A stretch of 64,000 bases of DNA from Iphione sp. A-MEVVRFRX5 (taxonomy: Eukaryota), in contig OZ320323.1 of NCBI GenBank assembly GCA_976226885.1, forward strand, positions 33,790,001 through 33,854,000, given 5' to 3'. This document shows, piece by piece, positions 50,909 to 62,398 of this stretch. Positions within the stretch are counted from its first letter, which is position 1, and every line of letters starts with the position of its first letter. The notes below the pieces were generated by a model that was not told the DNA's origin, searched no databases, and saw nothing but the letters and a program-made list of their open reading frames with translations. The translations under genes were made by a program, and so were the position numbers.

Positions 50909-51524
50909 GCAAGTCTATACTTCGTATACCTGCACATGTGTCTGTGTAAACTTACACACACCATTACACAAAAAATAGGAAAACCAGTTGTGAAAAAAAA
51001 AATTCAGTCAAGGCCCACCTGGCCTGGCTAGCTTGGATCCAAGCGAGTATAATTGCTCTCACACACACTTTAACAAATATATAAACCTGATAAGATGCAT
51101 AAGAAAGTTCAACATATAAGAACGAGTCTTCTGCCCTCTAGAGGCGACTTGTTAGAACAGGTGGTCACGTACAGGTCCACCATGGCTTGCTAACTCCCGA
51201 CTGGTATGTTTTCATTGTATTCATAATTAAATGCTGACGAGGATGTACTTTGGATAAATAAGGCTGGAAAATGATGGCAGAATAGAATGACCAGTAGACA
51301 CATCATGTAACACTCACGCACTCACTGACACACTCACGCTCACTCATAACCCCACCCCTCGTCTTCATAATGTAACACTTAATCTTACACACACATTGAC
51401 ACATGCGCACTTACACACTGACACATACACACTCACGCACAGAATCTGTCTCTCTCACACAACCTCTTTCTGCTTGCCAACATGATGTAATACTAGCTCT
51501 TTTTGGTGCATGTCTTGTTGACAG

Positions 51525-51747
51525 GCCGTCGAGTACTTCGCCGAGTGGTCTCTCTCACCCACGAACGTTGTCTTCCTGCGCGTCCATACGGGTGTGTACG
51601 ACCCGCTCCTCGTGGGCGACAAGTCCAAGTGGTTCTGTCAGAGCCTCCAGAAGATTGACTTCCCGGTGTGTGGTGATGCCTCCTCCACCCTGGCACTTGC
51701 TGTCTCCGCCAGCCTCACTGAGAGCACCAGTGACGACATGCCCACGG
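51525..51747 (+). CDS. MADD: MADD coding exon 9: AVEYFAEW...DPLLVGDKSKWF...DDMPT
   Basis: tgacag| ... g|gtgagt; phases 0/1. Confidence 0.96.
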
Positions 51748-52318
51748 GTGAGTGCACGACCCACAGGCAGCAGGTGATGCCCTAAGCAAGCTAGAGCTAG
51801 CTTTTCACCCTGTTCTACCTGTGACCGAGGTGCCTTATAATACTTAGAAACTCACATAGGTGACCAACCTTGGGACTGCAGGATTTTGGTCTCTTCCCAG
51901 GGCTGGTCTGACTTATAAGTTGATTACTGATGTGAACAGTTTCAGAGTGGAGGATTTGGGTCTCTCTCAAGGATATCACCAGAAACGTGGAGTCTGAACC
52001 AGCTTGTCACATCGTTTTGGTTTTTACTGGTCATCTCAGTTGTGTGTAAATTTTCCCGTTGGACGAAATTGTAGCATCCCTCATGACGTGAACATACGGA
52101 CAATTACAGAAGATGTCTTTACCATCTTGAACACTCTTAACTCAAATAAACCTATGCTGCTAACCGAGAATGTGATGTGAAGCATTTTAAAGTTGTCATA
52201 TATTACAGAAATAATATAGAAAAGCTGAGAGTAACTCGGAAAACCGCACCAAAAAGATAGTGTGTATGTATACAAACGTTTCAGATTTGGAAGAGTGACC
52301 TTGCTTTTCTCACCCTAG

Positions 52319-52429
52319 ATGAGAGTGGCAGTGACAGCGATGGCGCGGAGAGTACAAGCTCGTCATATTCTTCACTGAGTGATTTTGTCAACGACATCGT
52401 CAACAGCGACATCAATGGAGAAACCCCAG
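52319..52429 (+). CDS. MADD: MADD coding exon 10: (D)ESGSDSDGAESTSSSYSSLSDFVNDIVNSDINGETP
   Basis: ccctag| ... g|gtgact; matches the SSSYSSLxDFV...DING motif; not in the ORF track. Confidence 0.94.
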
Positions 52430-53849
52430 GTGACTGCCCTCTCTCATCTACCCAGCGCACAAGTAAGAAGTCCTAGGATTGGGTGGTCGTGCTCCCGAAT
52501 AAAAAAATAAGTAAACCTCCTGAACAGCACCCACGTGTCACGACCTTTATAGTGAGATGTGTGATCCCAGTGATAATGCATCCTCGGCAATCATTTGTAC
52601 CTGCTGCTCCCCCGAATCGTATTTGATGGTGAACCGGTCTCCGGTGTTAAGGCATAACGCTGATAAGAACAGCTACTGTCATTTGAACCCCCGCCCCACC
52701 CCACCCCCACGTATCCCATGACAAATCCTTCCTCGATTGCAACAACAACAACCACCACTATCGTGTGAATATGGTAACCTCTCCTTACCCCATGGCTAAT
52801 TCTTCCCTTTACCGTGAAGAGATATCAACAAAAACAATATCTCCCGTCATGTTGGATTGTATATGAACAGACCCACCAAATATAATGCCTGTTTCGAAAG
52901 TTCCTGTTATAGTGGACACATGCATATGCCGTGTATATGGAGATTTTTGATTGGTTGACTCGCCACTGTGATGTCATGATTGGAACAGGTGCATGGGTGG
53001 ATGAATAGCTGTACAAATTGTGAGCATGGATAAGCATTGCACAACCATTGGTGTTGGAATTAATAATCCTAATATCGAGATACAACAACAGTAGCATCAG
53101 CTTCCATCTCATCTCACAATTAAAAGAATACCCGCATCAACAGTGGGTATCATTCCTGTCATGTACATTTTCTACTGTCTCCTCACCCTGTGATTGATTT
53201 CACCTTGACAGTGACGTGCTTCCTTTACTGGCGAATGTCAGTGATATGAACTAATGGAAGTAATGTAAGTTCCTTCAACAGTTTCGGTTACTCGCAGCAC
53301 GTGCTCCGTTCTCCTCAATTGACCACCATTCTGTCTTCTACCTGAAGGATACATAAACAGATACAAACAGAATACAACCGAAACACAAGATATACTATTT
53401 TCCCGAAACAGAACACAACCTGTCCAGCGTTTAAGTAACCCACCTAGCAACCCTGACCTTCGTGGTGGCGTCTGTCTGAGTAAAAGTGTAGAGGTCTGAA
53501 ATTAGCCTCATTGTCCCATGGATGATATAGATTGGTGTTTTCGCCAGTTTTATTTTGGGCATTTTCTATACTTGTATTTCCGGTATCATTTACTCATTTT
53601 TAATAATTGAAAGTAAATGCCGTGAATTCTTCATAGATATTTCGATTTAAAAAGTCACACTTTTTTAAAAAATTGTAGTAACCTTTCGGATATACTTCCC
53701 TCCCCTCCTCAAGCCTTATCTGAACCATCGTGTGACAATTCTGCAGAAAAGGCAAGTACATTTTTAAGAAATATTTAGCACTAACCACAGCTTTGGTCGT
53801 TTAAAATATTTCGTGAAAGCCTGAAGTGACCATGCCTTTGCTCTTGCAG

Positions 53850-54079
53850 AGGTGTTGGTTGGGGAGGACCACCAGTTGACTGTCGACGAGACCGCAGTCT
53901 ACTCGCCACCCTCCAAATTGCATGTCCCCGACGCCTTTGTCTCCACTTCCGACTCGGCCATGTCGGCCCCTGATGACAGTGATGACAATGACGATGATGA
54001 CGACGACGACGATGATGATGACAGCTCCTCAGCCTCATCGAGCCCACGGTATGCAAAGGAGCCGCCACGGCCCGGACAG
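53850..54079 (+). CDS. MADD: MADD coding exon 11 (acidic, poly-Asp)
   Basis: ttgcag| ... cag|gtgagt; internal alternative donor cg|gtatgc at 54048/54049. Confidence 0.88.
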
Positions 54080-54572
54080 GTGAGTGGAGAAGGGGGGGGA
54101 AATGCAGTGGACCGTATTCCCTTGCTACCACCAGTCTGCACGATAATACTCAAATTGTGAATTCTGTCATCTCAAAAACACTGCTATAGAGGAGAAGGCT
54201 AATATAATGTAGTATTCATATGGTTTGGTATTACTACTGTGTGGAGTCAGGGTATAGATGTTGAGGTTTTAAGCATTTTCTACTGTATAATTATGAGTGA
54301 TATAAACTTCGTTGCTGCGAAGTGGCCACTGAAGCTTGCCACTCTTAGTAAACCTAAACACATATAATTTATCCATGGAGTTCCGATGTGCTTAGGCTAA
54401 TATGTATCTTATAATTCTTCTATATTCATTCCCCACTTATTGAAAGAAAGGGGAGGACAGAAATTGAGTAATTGCAGTGGAACAGTTACCATCATAACAG
54501 TTTAATTCCTTGGCATTGAATACGAATAGAAGCTTTGCTTTTACCTATGCTGCATCATGGTGGTTCCTTTAG

Positions 54573-54790
54573 GACGGAGAAAGAGAACACTTCCACTTTG
54601 ATCCACCAAGTGTTGCCAAGCCAGAAGCTCGGTATGACAGTGGAAGCCCCGGCAGCACGCCAACCGCACGGCCCGATGGTCAGTTTCGGTACGATTCCGG
54701 CAACGTGACCCCAACTGTTAAGTCAGAAGGTCATTTCCGGTATGATACCGGAAGTACAACAGCTGTGCAAGCAAAGGATCCTATACGACG
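54573..54790 (+). CDS. MADD: MADD coding exon 12 (three RYD(S/T)G repeats; probably skippable)
   Basis: ttcctttag| ... cg|gtatgt; open for 72 codons, and phases 0/2 bridge exons 11 and 13. Confidence 0.85.
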
Positions 54791-55108
54791 GTATGTAGAC
54801 GTCTGTGATTGATCAAGACAGACTCGTACTCTATAAACATTCCGTTACAATCACTGAGAAAGGAAATACTATTTGTATCTCACTCACTCACTCGACTACG
54901 CCGCAAATAAAACCAGGTTGTTAAGAACTAACAGTTAGTCTCATTGGAGGATGAGACATGAGACAGATATTTTTATGCTCTTCATTCCAGGTTACTATCG
55001 GTAGAATATTTTATGATCATCTTAATTTAGCACCTTGATAATACTGTTGCCACATCAGCTCTCCTTTACCTTTGTTTTATATTTTGTTTGATTTTATTTT
55101 ATTTACAG

Positions 55109-55406
55109 AGAAGGTCCTCCGCCCCGGCCGGAGCCCCCTGCGCGGCCCCCTCCGCCCACCCACCAGGTGTCTCTGAGGAGTGCAGATTCGGCTTTTGAGT
55201 CAATGGCACGAACGTCGTCTCTTGACTCTTCCAGCTCGCCACGCCCCCTACCGTCGGGTCCGCCACCGCCACCTGGCGGGAGGCGCACCAACCCTTCCTT
55301 GTCAGCGTCATCAAGTAGTGGGGCACCCCTGCTGCCGCCGAGGTCGCCACGCATACCAAAGACTCCAGGCCTTCCCGGCCTTCCTAGTGTTCCTAGCCTA
55401 GTAAAG
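55109..55406 (+). CDS. MADD: MADD coding exon 13 (Pro/Ser-rich)
   Basis: tttacag| ... aag|gtgagc; PPPRPEPPARPPPP...LPPRSPRIPKTP. Confidence 0.88.
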
Positions 55407-55687
55407 GTGAGCCAACCTAGTGTAGATACTTATACTGATACTGCTGTTGAGCAGCAGTTACTTTACCACAGCCCTTGCTGGGAGGGAACTAAGATACACC
55501 TTTGCCTAACCTTCGAGTCATTTTAGACTGAGAGCTGCAGAAGTTTGAAGCCACACCCTAAAAATATTTCTACTGAAGTCTCGTGGAACTCACATGTATT
55601 TTATGAAAATATATTGTGTGTCCACCAGGCCCTGTCATAATGCTGGTGGTGCGGAATCCTTAACCATTCCAGTCATGCCATGCTCTA

Positions 55688-55870
55688 TAGTGGAAAGCCA
55701 CCACAAAGACACATACTCCAATATAGACATGCCTCTACCAGGGACACTCTTAGGGAGAACAGATTCTATTTGTGGTCTATGAAAAGTAGTTTCTAATAGG
55801 GCCATGTCTCAGTTATGGAAAGTTTGGGGGGAAAAAAAACAAGGGTGATCTTCTTAGAGGTTTTCCACTG
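55688..55870. mobile_element. Tc1/mariner-type MITE
   Basis: Ends tagtggaaagcc / ggttttccactg; internal sequence similar to the 59471-59648 copy (ggagaacagattcta). Confidence 0.7.
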
Positions 55871-55936
55871 TCGTTACATTTGAAGATAGGTGCGTTAATT
55901 TTGTTGGACGTCACATTTTTGTGGATGTTTTGACAG

Positions 55937-56051
55937 AGCGGCACAGGCGGCGAGGATGGTGGTGACAAGAGCCCGTCCATCATGAAGGCCATCAGCAGTG
56001 AACTCAACGACTATGCACAATCAGCCAGCAACACAATCTCGGAACTCTTTG
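55937..56051 (+). CDS. MADD: MADD coding exon 14: SGTGGEDGGDKSPSIMKAISSELNDYAQSASNTISELF(G)
   Basis: ttgacag| ... g|gtaggt; phases 0/1. Confidence 0.9.
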
Positions 56052-56528
56052 GTAGGTAGTACACAGACTGCTTCATAAGACACACACATACACATACATT
56101 GTATAGGAGCACATTACCTGGCACCGTACCTTTTACTGTACAACACACACATACATGTACGTATGCATAATTGTCTTGACGTACACACATATGCACTCTG
56201 TTATATACAATTGTCGATATACACAGATACATTGAAGACACTTCATCTTGTATATATGTATACTTCCACAACAATTTGGCTCAAATTATTAAGTTACTGT
56301 ACGTTATACACATTCTGTCCCTCATATAGAAACACATACAAAAACAAAGTATATACTCGTGGTGTCATCGCAGGGAAAATATGGAGCCTCAGTGGGAGGA
56401 TAGGGTGAGAGTTCTAAAGGTCAACTTAGGTGTCGTAGCTATCGCATGTGGAAGGCAAGGTCAGCGTCACAACTCATTAAGGTCCCGATTCAGTGAAGTA
56501 TAAGCACAACAGAGTCAAGGTCGTTGGT

Positions 56529-57092
56529 TAGTGCAGGATAGGTTAAGGTTATCCTAACCCCTTCTTAACTTGTATTTTTTTTCACAGTTTTATGGCTTGA
56601 TGAACCAACCAGCATGTCAGCAGGGAAGGGCAGCAGGCAGGGCTGGGATTTCTCGAATGTCAATCAAAGAGAGAGAGTTGGTTACGGTGTCTCTGAATTG
56701 GAGATGAGGACGCTTAGTTGTCGAGTAGTGCAGGATAAGTTATGATAACCCTCACACCTTATGTAACTCATGTCTTTTTTATGGTTTTACGGCTTGATGT
56801 ACCATCAAGCATGTCAATAGGGAAGGGCAGCAGGAAGGGCTGGGATTTCTCGAATGTTGCTCAAAGAGAAGGAATCAGTCACAGTGCTTAGCTGTTAGGT
56901 AGTGCAGGATAAGTTATGATAACCACCACACCTTTTTTTTAATTCATATTTTTAAAATGGTTTTATGGCTTGATGTACCAGCTAGCATGTCAGTAGGGAA
57001 GGGTGGCAGGCAGGGCTAGGATTTCTTGAATGACAGTCAAAGAGAACGAGTCGGTCACGGTGTCCTTGAAATGGAGATAAGGACACTCAGTC
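56529..57092. repeat. Tandem triplication of a ~175-197 bp unit
   Basis: tagtgcaggata...tttta(t/c)ggcttgatg...gggaaggg...ggatttct starts at 56529, 56726 and 56900. Confidence 0.9.
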
Positions 57093-57102
57093 TCTCTTGC
57101 AG

Positions 57103-57135
57103 ACGAGTCTAAAGATGCAGCCTCAGATGATGAGG
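57103..57135 (+). CDS. MADD: MADD 33-nt microexon: (D)ESKDAASDDE
   Basis: tctctcttgcag| ... g|gtaagt; phase 1/1 and in frame. Confidence 0.75.
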
Positions 57136-57449
57136 GTAAGTGTTGCATGTGACCTTTCCCTCCCCCACACAGAAATGGAATTGGCCAGCTGCACGCTCTG
57201 GTCCGTGAGTCAGAGTGGAGGGACGGCAGCTCACTGTGGTGGCAGATATCTCTCATTATTAACATGTCTTCTTCCTCTCCTTGGTAACGGGACAGATAAC
57301 ATTAGCTAGGATGCGAAGATAAATTTAAGTTGATTGACCTACAACAACGGCCGAGGTCACCTGTTACCCGGTATATTAATGCATGCTAATATACATCTCA
57401 TATCTTACTGGGACATGTCTTCCTTATATAAGTGACCTTATGAGTTTGC

Positions 57450-58110
57450 CCGCCTGGACCACCATGACCTCAGTCTTGAGGCAGTCCCTCACTCTTATCT
57501 ATCTATAATGCCAATCCCACAAGTTTTGAGACCACCACTACCGTTATTTTAATATTGAGACATTTTCTGACTTTTCTACATTGCAGACCCTACAAGTTAC
57601 TGACCATCACCACTCTGACCTAATAAGCCTTGGAAAATTTCCTTACTGCTTTCTACATTAGTGACCCTTTAAGTTATGGACAACCACTACCATGACGCCA
57701 GTCGGACAAAGTCCCATATTGTTATCTGCATCAGAGATCCTACAAGTTACTGATATCCACTAACATGACCAAAGATTTTGAGGAAGTCCCCCACCATTCT
57801 ATACGTTGCAGACCCCACGAGTTAGTGACCCAACTCTATTACGACCTCAGTTTTAAGATAGCCCTTCACTGTTATCAACATCACATACTCCACAAGTTGC
57901 CAGCAGTAACAACCGTGACCTCAGTCTTGAGACCCTACGAATTACCAACTACGATGACCTCAATTTGAGACAGGCCCTTACTGTTATGTAGATCTCAGAC
58001 CATACAAGTTACTGAACATTACCCGACCTTAGTCTAAAGACAGTCTCTCTATGCGCAGACCGTACAGCTTATGGAAAATCACTGATATGACTGCATTCTG
58101 AGACAGTCCT
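57450..58110. repeat. Degenerate ~73-77 bp tandem array
   Basis: caagtt-type core at 57520, 57593, 57670, 57743, 57818 and 57893, then shorter units. Confidence 0.75.
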
Positions 58111-58618
58111 TACAGCCACATGTCTCATAATTATCATTTATTAGTAAATGTTCCAATATGTGACCGTCACCTGTTGTCGTACATGGTTTTACCCCAACAA
58201 TCCAACTTGACTACCACCATTGTGGTGGGTGTCTGAGAACGCCCTCTGGCAGTGTGTACATGTTATACCTCAAATGTTTGTCCACCGTCACTGCAACGTG
58301 AGTGTGCGACAGTTATGTATTGCCATGTGTGTCACTATCCAAGACCGTTCCATTATGCTGTGTTCATCGCATACTATGCAGTACCTCATTTATGGCTTTA
58401 TCCTCAGACAGGACCCCCGTCCTGTATATTTCTCACCCAATGTGTCACCTCCATCGTCACCATCACCGTGATCTAAGTGTCAGGTGGTCAAGTCATGTAC
58501 ACACATATGTCATACCTGACAAGGTAGCCCACTGTCATTGGTCGCAGAGTCTAGGAAGTGTTTGACATCAGTCATATCACCCCCCCCCCCCCGGCCTCCT
58601 CTCCTCACGAACTGTGCT

Positions 58619-58700
58619 CCCTCCCTCCCTCCCTCCCTCCCTCCCTCCCTCCCTCCCTCCCTCCCTCCCTCCCTCCCTCCCTCCCTCCCTCCCTCCCCCC
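58619..58700. repeat. (CCCT)n microsatellite
   Basis: Direct reading. Confidence 0.95.
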
Positions 58701-58999
58701 CTCCTTTCTCCAACTTCCTTTCCCTGTCTTCTCTCTTTCCTTCTACCATTCTACACTACCTGTTATGCACCTCATCTCTAACATTTTAACACATCTTCAT
58801 TATACCAGTTTATTTTTCCATTTCCATATTAGCATTCCCTAAGTTTACCGTGCATTTTATAAACAAATTTTAATCAAACATTCAGATTGATATCAACCGT
58901 CGGATGTGTACGCTATTGCTGTAATCACAGTGTGAAGCCCATTTACACAGGGAGTGTCAAGTGTTGGCTTGATTCCTGACTGTCACCCTCTCTCTGCAG

Positions 59000-59071
59000 G
59001 GAGCACCAAAAGCACCAGTAGCAGCACCAGCACACCAACCAGCAAGACTAACAAGCCATTCGCCCCGCTCG
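59000..59071 (+). CDS. MADD: MADD coding exon 16: (G)STKSTSSSTSTPTSKTNKPFAPL
   Basis: ctctgcag| ... g|gtaagc; phase 1/1; corresponds to the PFPSL region of vertebrate MADD. Confidence 0.9.
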
Positions 59072-59313
59072 GTAAGCCACTAATGCATTCACTAATAAAT
59101 CTACTTCTGCGAGACTGTTTTTTTGTGCATGTGTGTGCATGTGCGTGCACATGTGGCATGTGCACCCTCATTTCCATCCATCTTTCACATAGAGTGTGCA
59201 AGGAAGACGTGTTCCTCTGCAAACTGCTGCAGTGCGATGCTCCTCGAATGTTTACAGTTGTTTCTGCACAGGCAATTCTACCACTCACCCACACTTGTAC
59301 TGTCTCATGTTAG

Positions 59314-59422
59314 GGAACCGGAAAGCGCTGGTGGAGAAGTCAGGGTTAGTGAAACATGCAACCAACAGGAAACCTGCCACACCGAAGCCGCCATCTGGTG
59401 ACGTGAAGGCAAATACCCATAG
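59314..59422 (+). CDS. MADD: MADD coding exon 17: (G)NRKALVEKSGLVKH...KANTH(S)
   Basis: tgttag| ... ag|gtgagt; matches the GNRRALVxxKSxVIKH motif. Confidence 0.94.
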
Positions 59423-59470
59423 GTGAGTGCTGACTTAGCTGTCTTCTCCTTGCCATTGATGATACAGGTA

Positions 59471-59648
59471 CAGTAGAAAGCCATCTTAGGGACACATCTC
59501 CAATGGGGACAGGCCTCTAATAGGGATGCCTATGTGAAGAACAGATTCTACTTTCCTCATATTAAAAGAAGTCTCCAGTAGAGACACACGCCAATTATGG
59601 ACAGTTTCAGAAAGATTGAAGGGTATCCCGATTTGGGGCTTTCTACTT
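59471..59648. mobile_element. Tc1/mariner-type MITE (178 bp)
   Basis: TA|cagtagaaagcc ... ggctttctactt|TA. Confidence 0.75.
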
Positions 59649-60017
59649 TATACGTCTTTAATGAATCTTCCCATAACGAAAGTCCCTTATAATGAAGTCG
59701 GCTTTCTTTTAGACCTTTTAGTCTTCGGTCACCTTCTGCTAACCTATTGTAACGAGTATTTACTGAAAAAGATGGGAGGTAAAGGCAGACATATAAATCT
59801 ACTGGGACAAATGAATTTTACAGAGAAATAACTTGAAAATTTAGAAGGCTTAGCTGTGGAGTGATGTATCTCTGGTAACAAGATTTTGCACAAGGAAGCG
59901 ATATTAAGGAACACGTCTACTTCGCTACGAGAGGTCTGCTTGTCCCGCCATTTGTGGACAGCCTTTTCCCGTTAACCACGTATCTTACTCACTGATCGTC
60001 CGTCCCTCTCTTCACAG

Positions 60018-60204
60018 TGAGAACCAGCAGTTCCTGAAAGATGTGATTGCTAGTGTTTTGGAAGGCCAAGGAGTCGGATTCTGGAAGCTGGGCCGTGTGA
60101 AGAAGTTAATGGAGGATGAAAACTACCGCAACTTTGTTGTCAGTCGACTCAATACATCCCTTGATCGAAAGTTGACAGATGAGGACCAGCACTTAGAGGA
60201 CGTG
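60018..60204 (+). CDS. MADD: MADD coding exon 18: (S)ENQQFLKDVIASVLEGQGVGFW...LEDV
   Basis: ttcacag| ... gtg|gtaaga; phases 2/0. Confidence 0.96.
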
Positions 60205-60391
60205 GTAAGATTAATGTATAATATTTATCCGATAATATGATACATTTATATTAACTTACATGCATGACATATAGATGTACAGTTCAAAAAAAAAGTTCAA
60301 GGATAAAATAAGTGATCTTTGATTATGCCAGCCCCGTTCAGTATTAGCCGGGTGCCTCACCCAGTATTCTTCCATCTACGTTCCCTTCCAG

Positions 60392-60586
60392 TCTGTCACC
60401 AAGTCCGTCTTCAAGGGCATGCTGGCCATGGTGAAGGCACTGAGCAATGGGCTGGAGAACACCTACAACAACTACGGTCTGGGCGGCATGGCCTCCACCT
60501 TCATGGTCCTGGAGATCATCCACACGCACTACTGGGAAAAGGAGAGTCTGGGCAGCAGTAAGAGCGACACCAGTAACCAGTCCATG
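60392..60586 (+). CDS. MADD: MADD coding exon 19: [11 protein letters not shown]...[20 protein letters not shown]...NQSM
   Basis: cccttccag| ... atg|gtgagt; 65 codons. Confidence 0.95.
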
Positions 60587-60608
60587 GTGAGTAACCCCCC
60601 CCCCCCTC

Positions 60609-60770
60609 CTATAGACCGATCACGCGTAACTGGGTAACAGTAGGAGAAACAGCTATCAAAAACATCTTTTTACACTTTGCCTATGACTGTTCAGTTAGAT
60701 GTTGCTGATAAAGTGTAAAAGATATGCCGTTGCTCCGATTGTCACCTAGTTACATGTGATCGGTCTATGG
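60609..60770. mobile_element. ~160-bp foldback element / MITE
   Basis: Arms atagaccgatcacgcgtaactgggtaaca / tgtcacctagttacatgtgatcggtctat (4 mismatches in 29), plus inner pairing ttttacacttt / aaagtgtaaaa. Confidence 0.75.
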
Positions 60771-61258
60771 GCACAGTCGTCGAGTCCTATCAGCAAAGAT
60801 GGAACTGGAATCTGTGATTGAAAAAATGTCTAGGAGGTTAAAGTAACTCTCTGTAATTGGGAAAATAATAGGACTACATACCAATGCTGCACGTCGGCAG
60901 AAAATGAAAGCCATGAACTTAATAATGGTCAAATGCTCATTCAAATCTAACTCTTAATTTATGACAGACGTATAGAAGTGGTCACCTTGCCTTCAGTACA
61001 AAAATACGTAGCAACCAAGTCTTTGCGCACTCCAAGATTTAGTGTATTCACTAACTAGTGAGCCATGAGGTTTTGCGTTTATATTTATCACATGCAGAAA
61101 CTAAATGACCCCACCGCCCACCCCACTTTCCAAACAGCTCTGAAAAAAGTGGCAGTAGGAACTGCAAAATTCTTGAAGTGACCCCTTCCCCATGTCCCGA
61201 CTGGTGACATGTCGCTAAGTCAATAAATAATGCTTATTTTTTCAAATAATTTTTCCAG

Positions 61259-61364
61259 ACAAGCTCGCCATTCGGAAGTCGCGAGAGCCTCTCCTCGCTG
61301 ACAGCCGAGACAAGCTCCAAGGCGGAGACGCGGAGTTTACACGAGGAAATGGTGCCCGCTGTGG
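61259..61364 (+). CDS. MADD: MADD coding exon 20: TSSPFGSRESLSSL...TRSLHEEMVPAV
   Basis: ttttccag| ... g|gtgagt; TRSLxEE motif is shared with vertebrate MADD. Confidence 0.9.
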
Positions 61365-62398
61365 GTGAGTGTGTGTGTGAGTGAGTGTGCGCGTAAGTTT
61401 TGTGTGTATCTGTATGTGGATGTTTAAAGCTGTTTTGCTGGAGGAGTCGCCATGTGCTGGTGTTGGTACTAACTGAGTGTGATCATTCTCTGGACAAGGT
61501 GTAGGTTGGGGCCACACAAGACGCAACTTAATCCGGAAAGTTGCATGACTGTGGTGGTCAGTTTTTGCTTTTGACGACTCTACCTAGAACTGTATAGTGC
61601 CGTCCGCCAACTGGCAGGCCTTACCTAACATGGTATCTCATGTAAAGCGAAGTTAATAGATTCTATGTAATAATGGGAATTGATAGAGGTGTACAACATT
61701 TGATTATTCACATAGCCACATGCACTGCCAGCCTGGGATTTGGCATAATGTCTATAAGTGTTATTTGGACTCGTTATAAAGTCTAAACTCGTATAGCTGA
61801 CCAAGCTTTGGACTGGATAATATTGGTCTTTCCCCTAGGTGGGTCTCTCTTACAAGTTGATTACTAGTGTGGATATTCAGTTTTGGACTGAATGATTTTG
61901 GTATCTCCCTGGGTAGGTTTCCCCTGTGGGTTGGTCGTAAAGTGAGTTGCAACTGTAATCGATTTGGAATGCGTCTGTACAATGCCCAGCATTGCCAGTG
62001 GGGAGGAACGGTCACCACAGATTTACCTTCCCTTTGCCTCAGTGTAAGCATCAGCTGGTGTGCACCCACCATGCTTCCCTACCCAAGCAAAACTATACTA
62101 CTCGCTTTTTTTCTGCCTTCTGTCAGCTCTTTCACTTTATAATCTTGCTGTTGCTGCCGACAGCCTAACTTGCTCTCCCGGTGAAAGCAGGCCCAGTCAC
62201 TGCTGGCAGATAACATGTCGGGACTCGATGGTGTCTCCTTTACTCAATGCTAACTCAATAAAATGACTAACCGTTTTCCTGCAGCTCATTCTTCTTCATG
62301 TCATCTTTTTGTCTTCTCTGTTGATACGTGCATGTTCTTCGCTTTAAAACAAAAACCTCTGCTCTGACCTTGGGCTGAACCTTCACCTTTGGCCTCAG

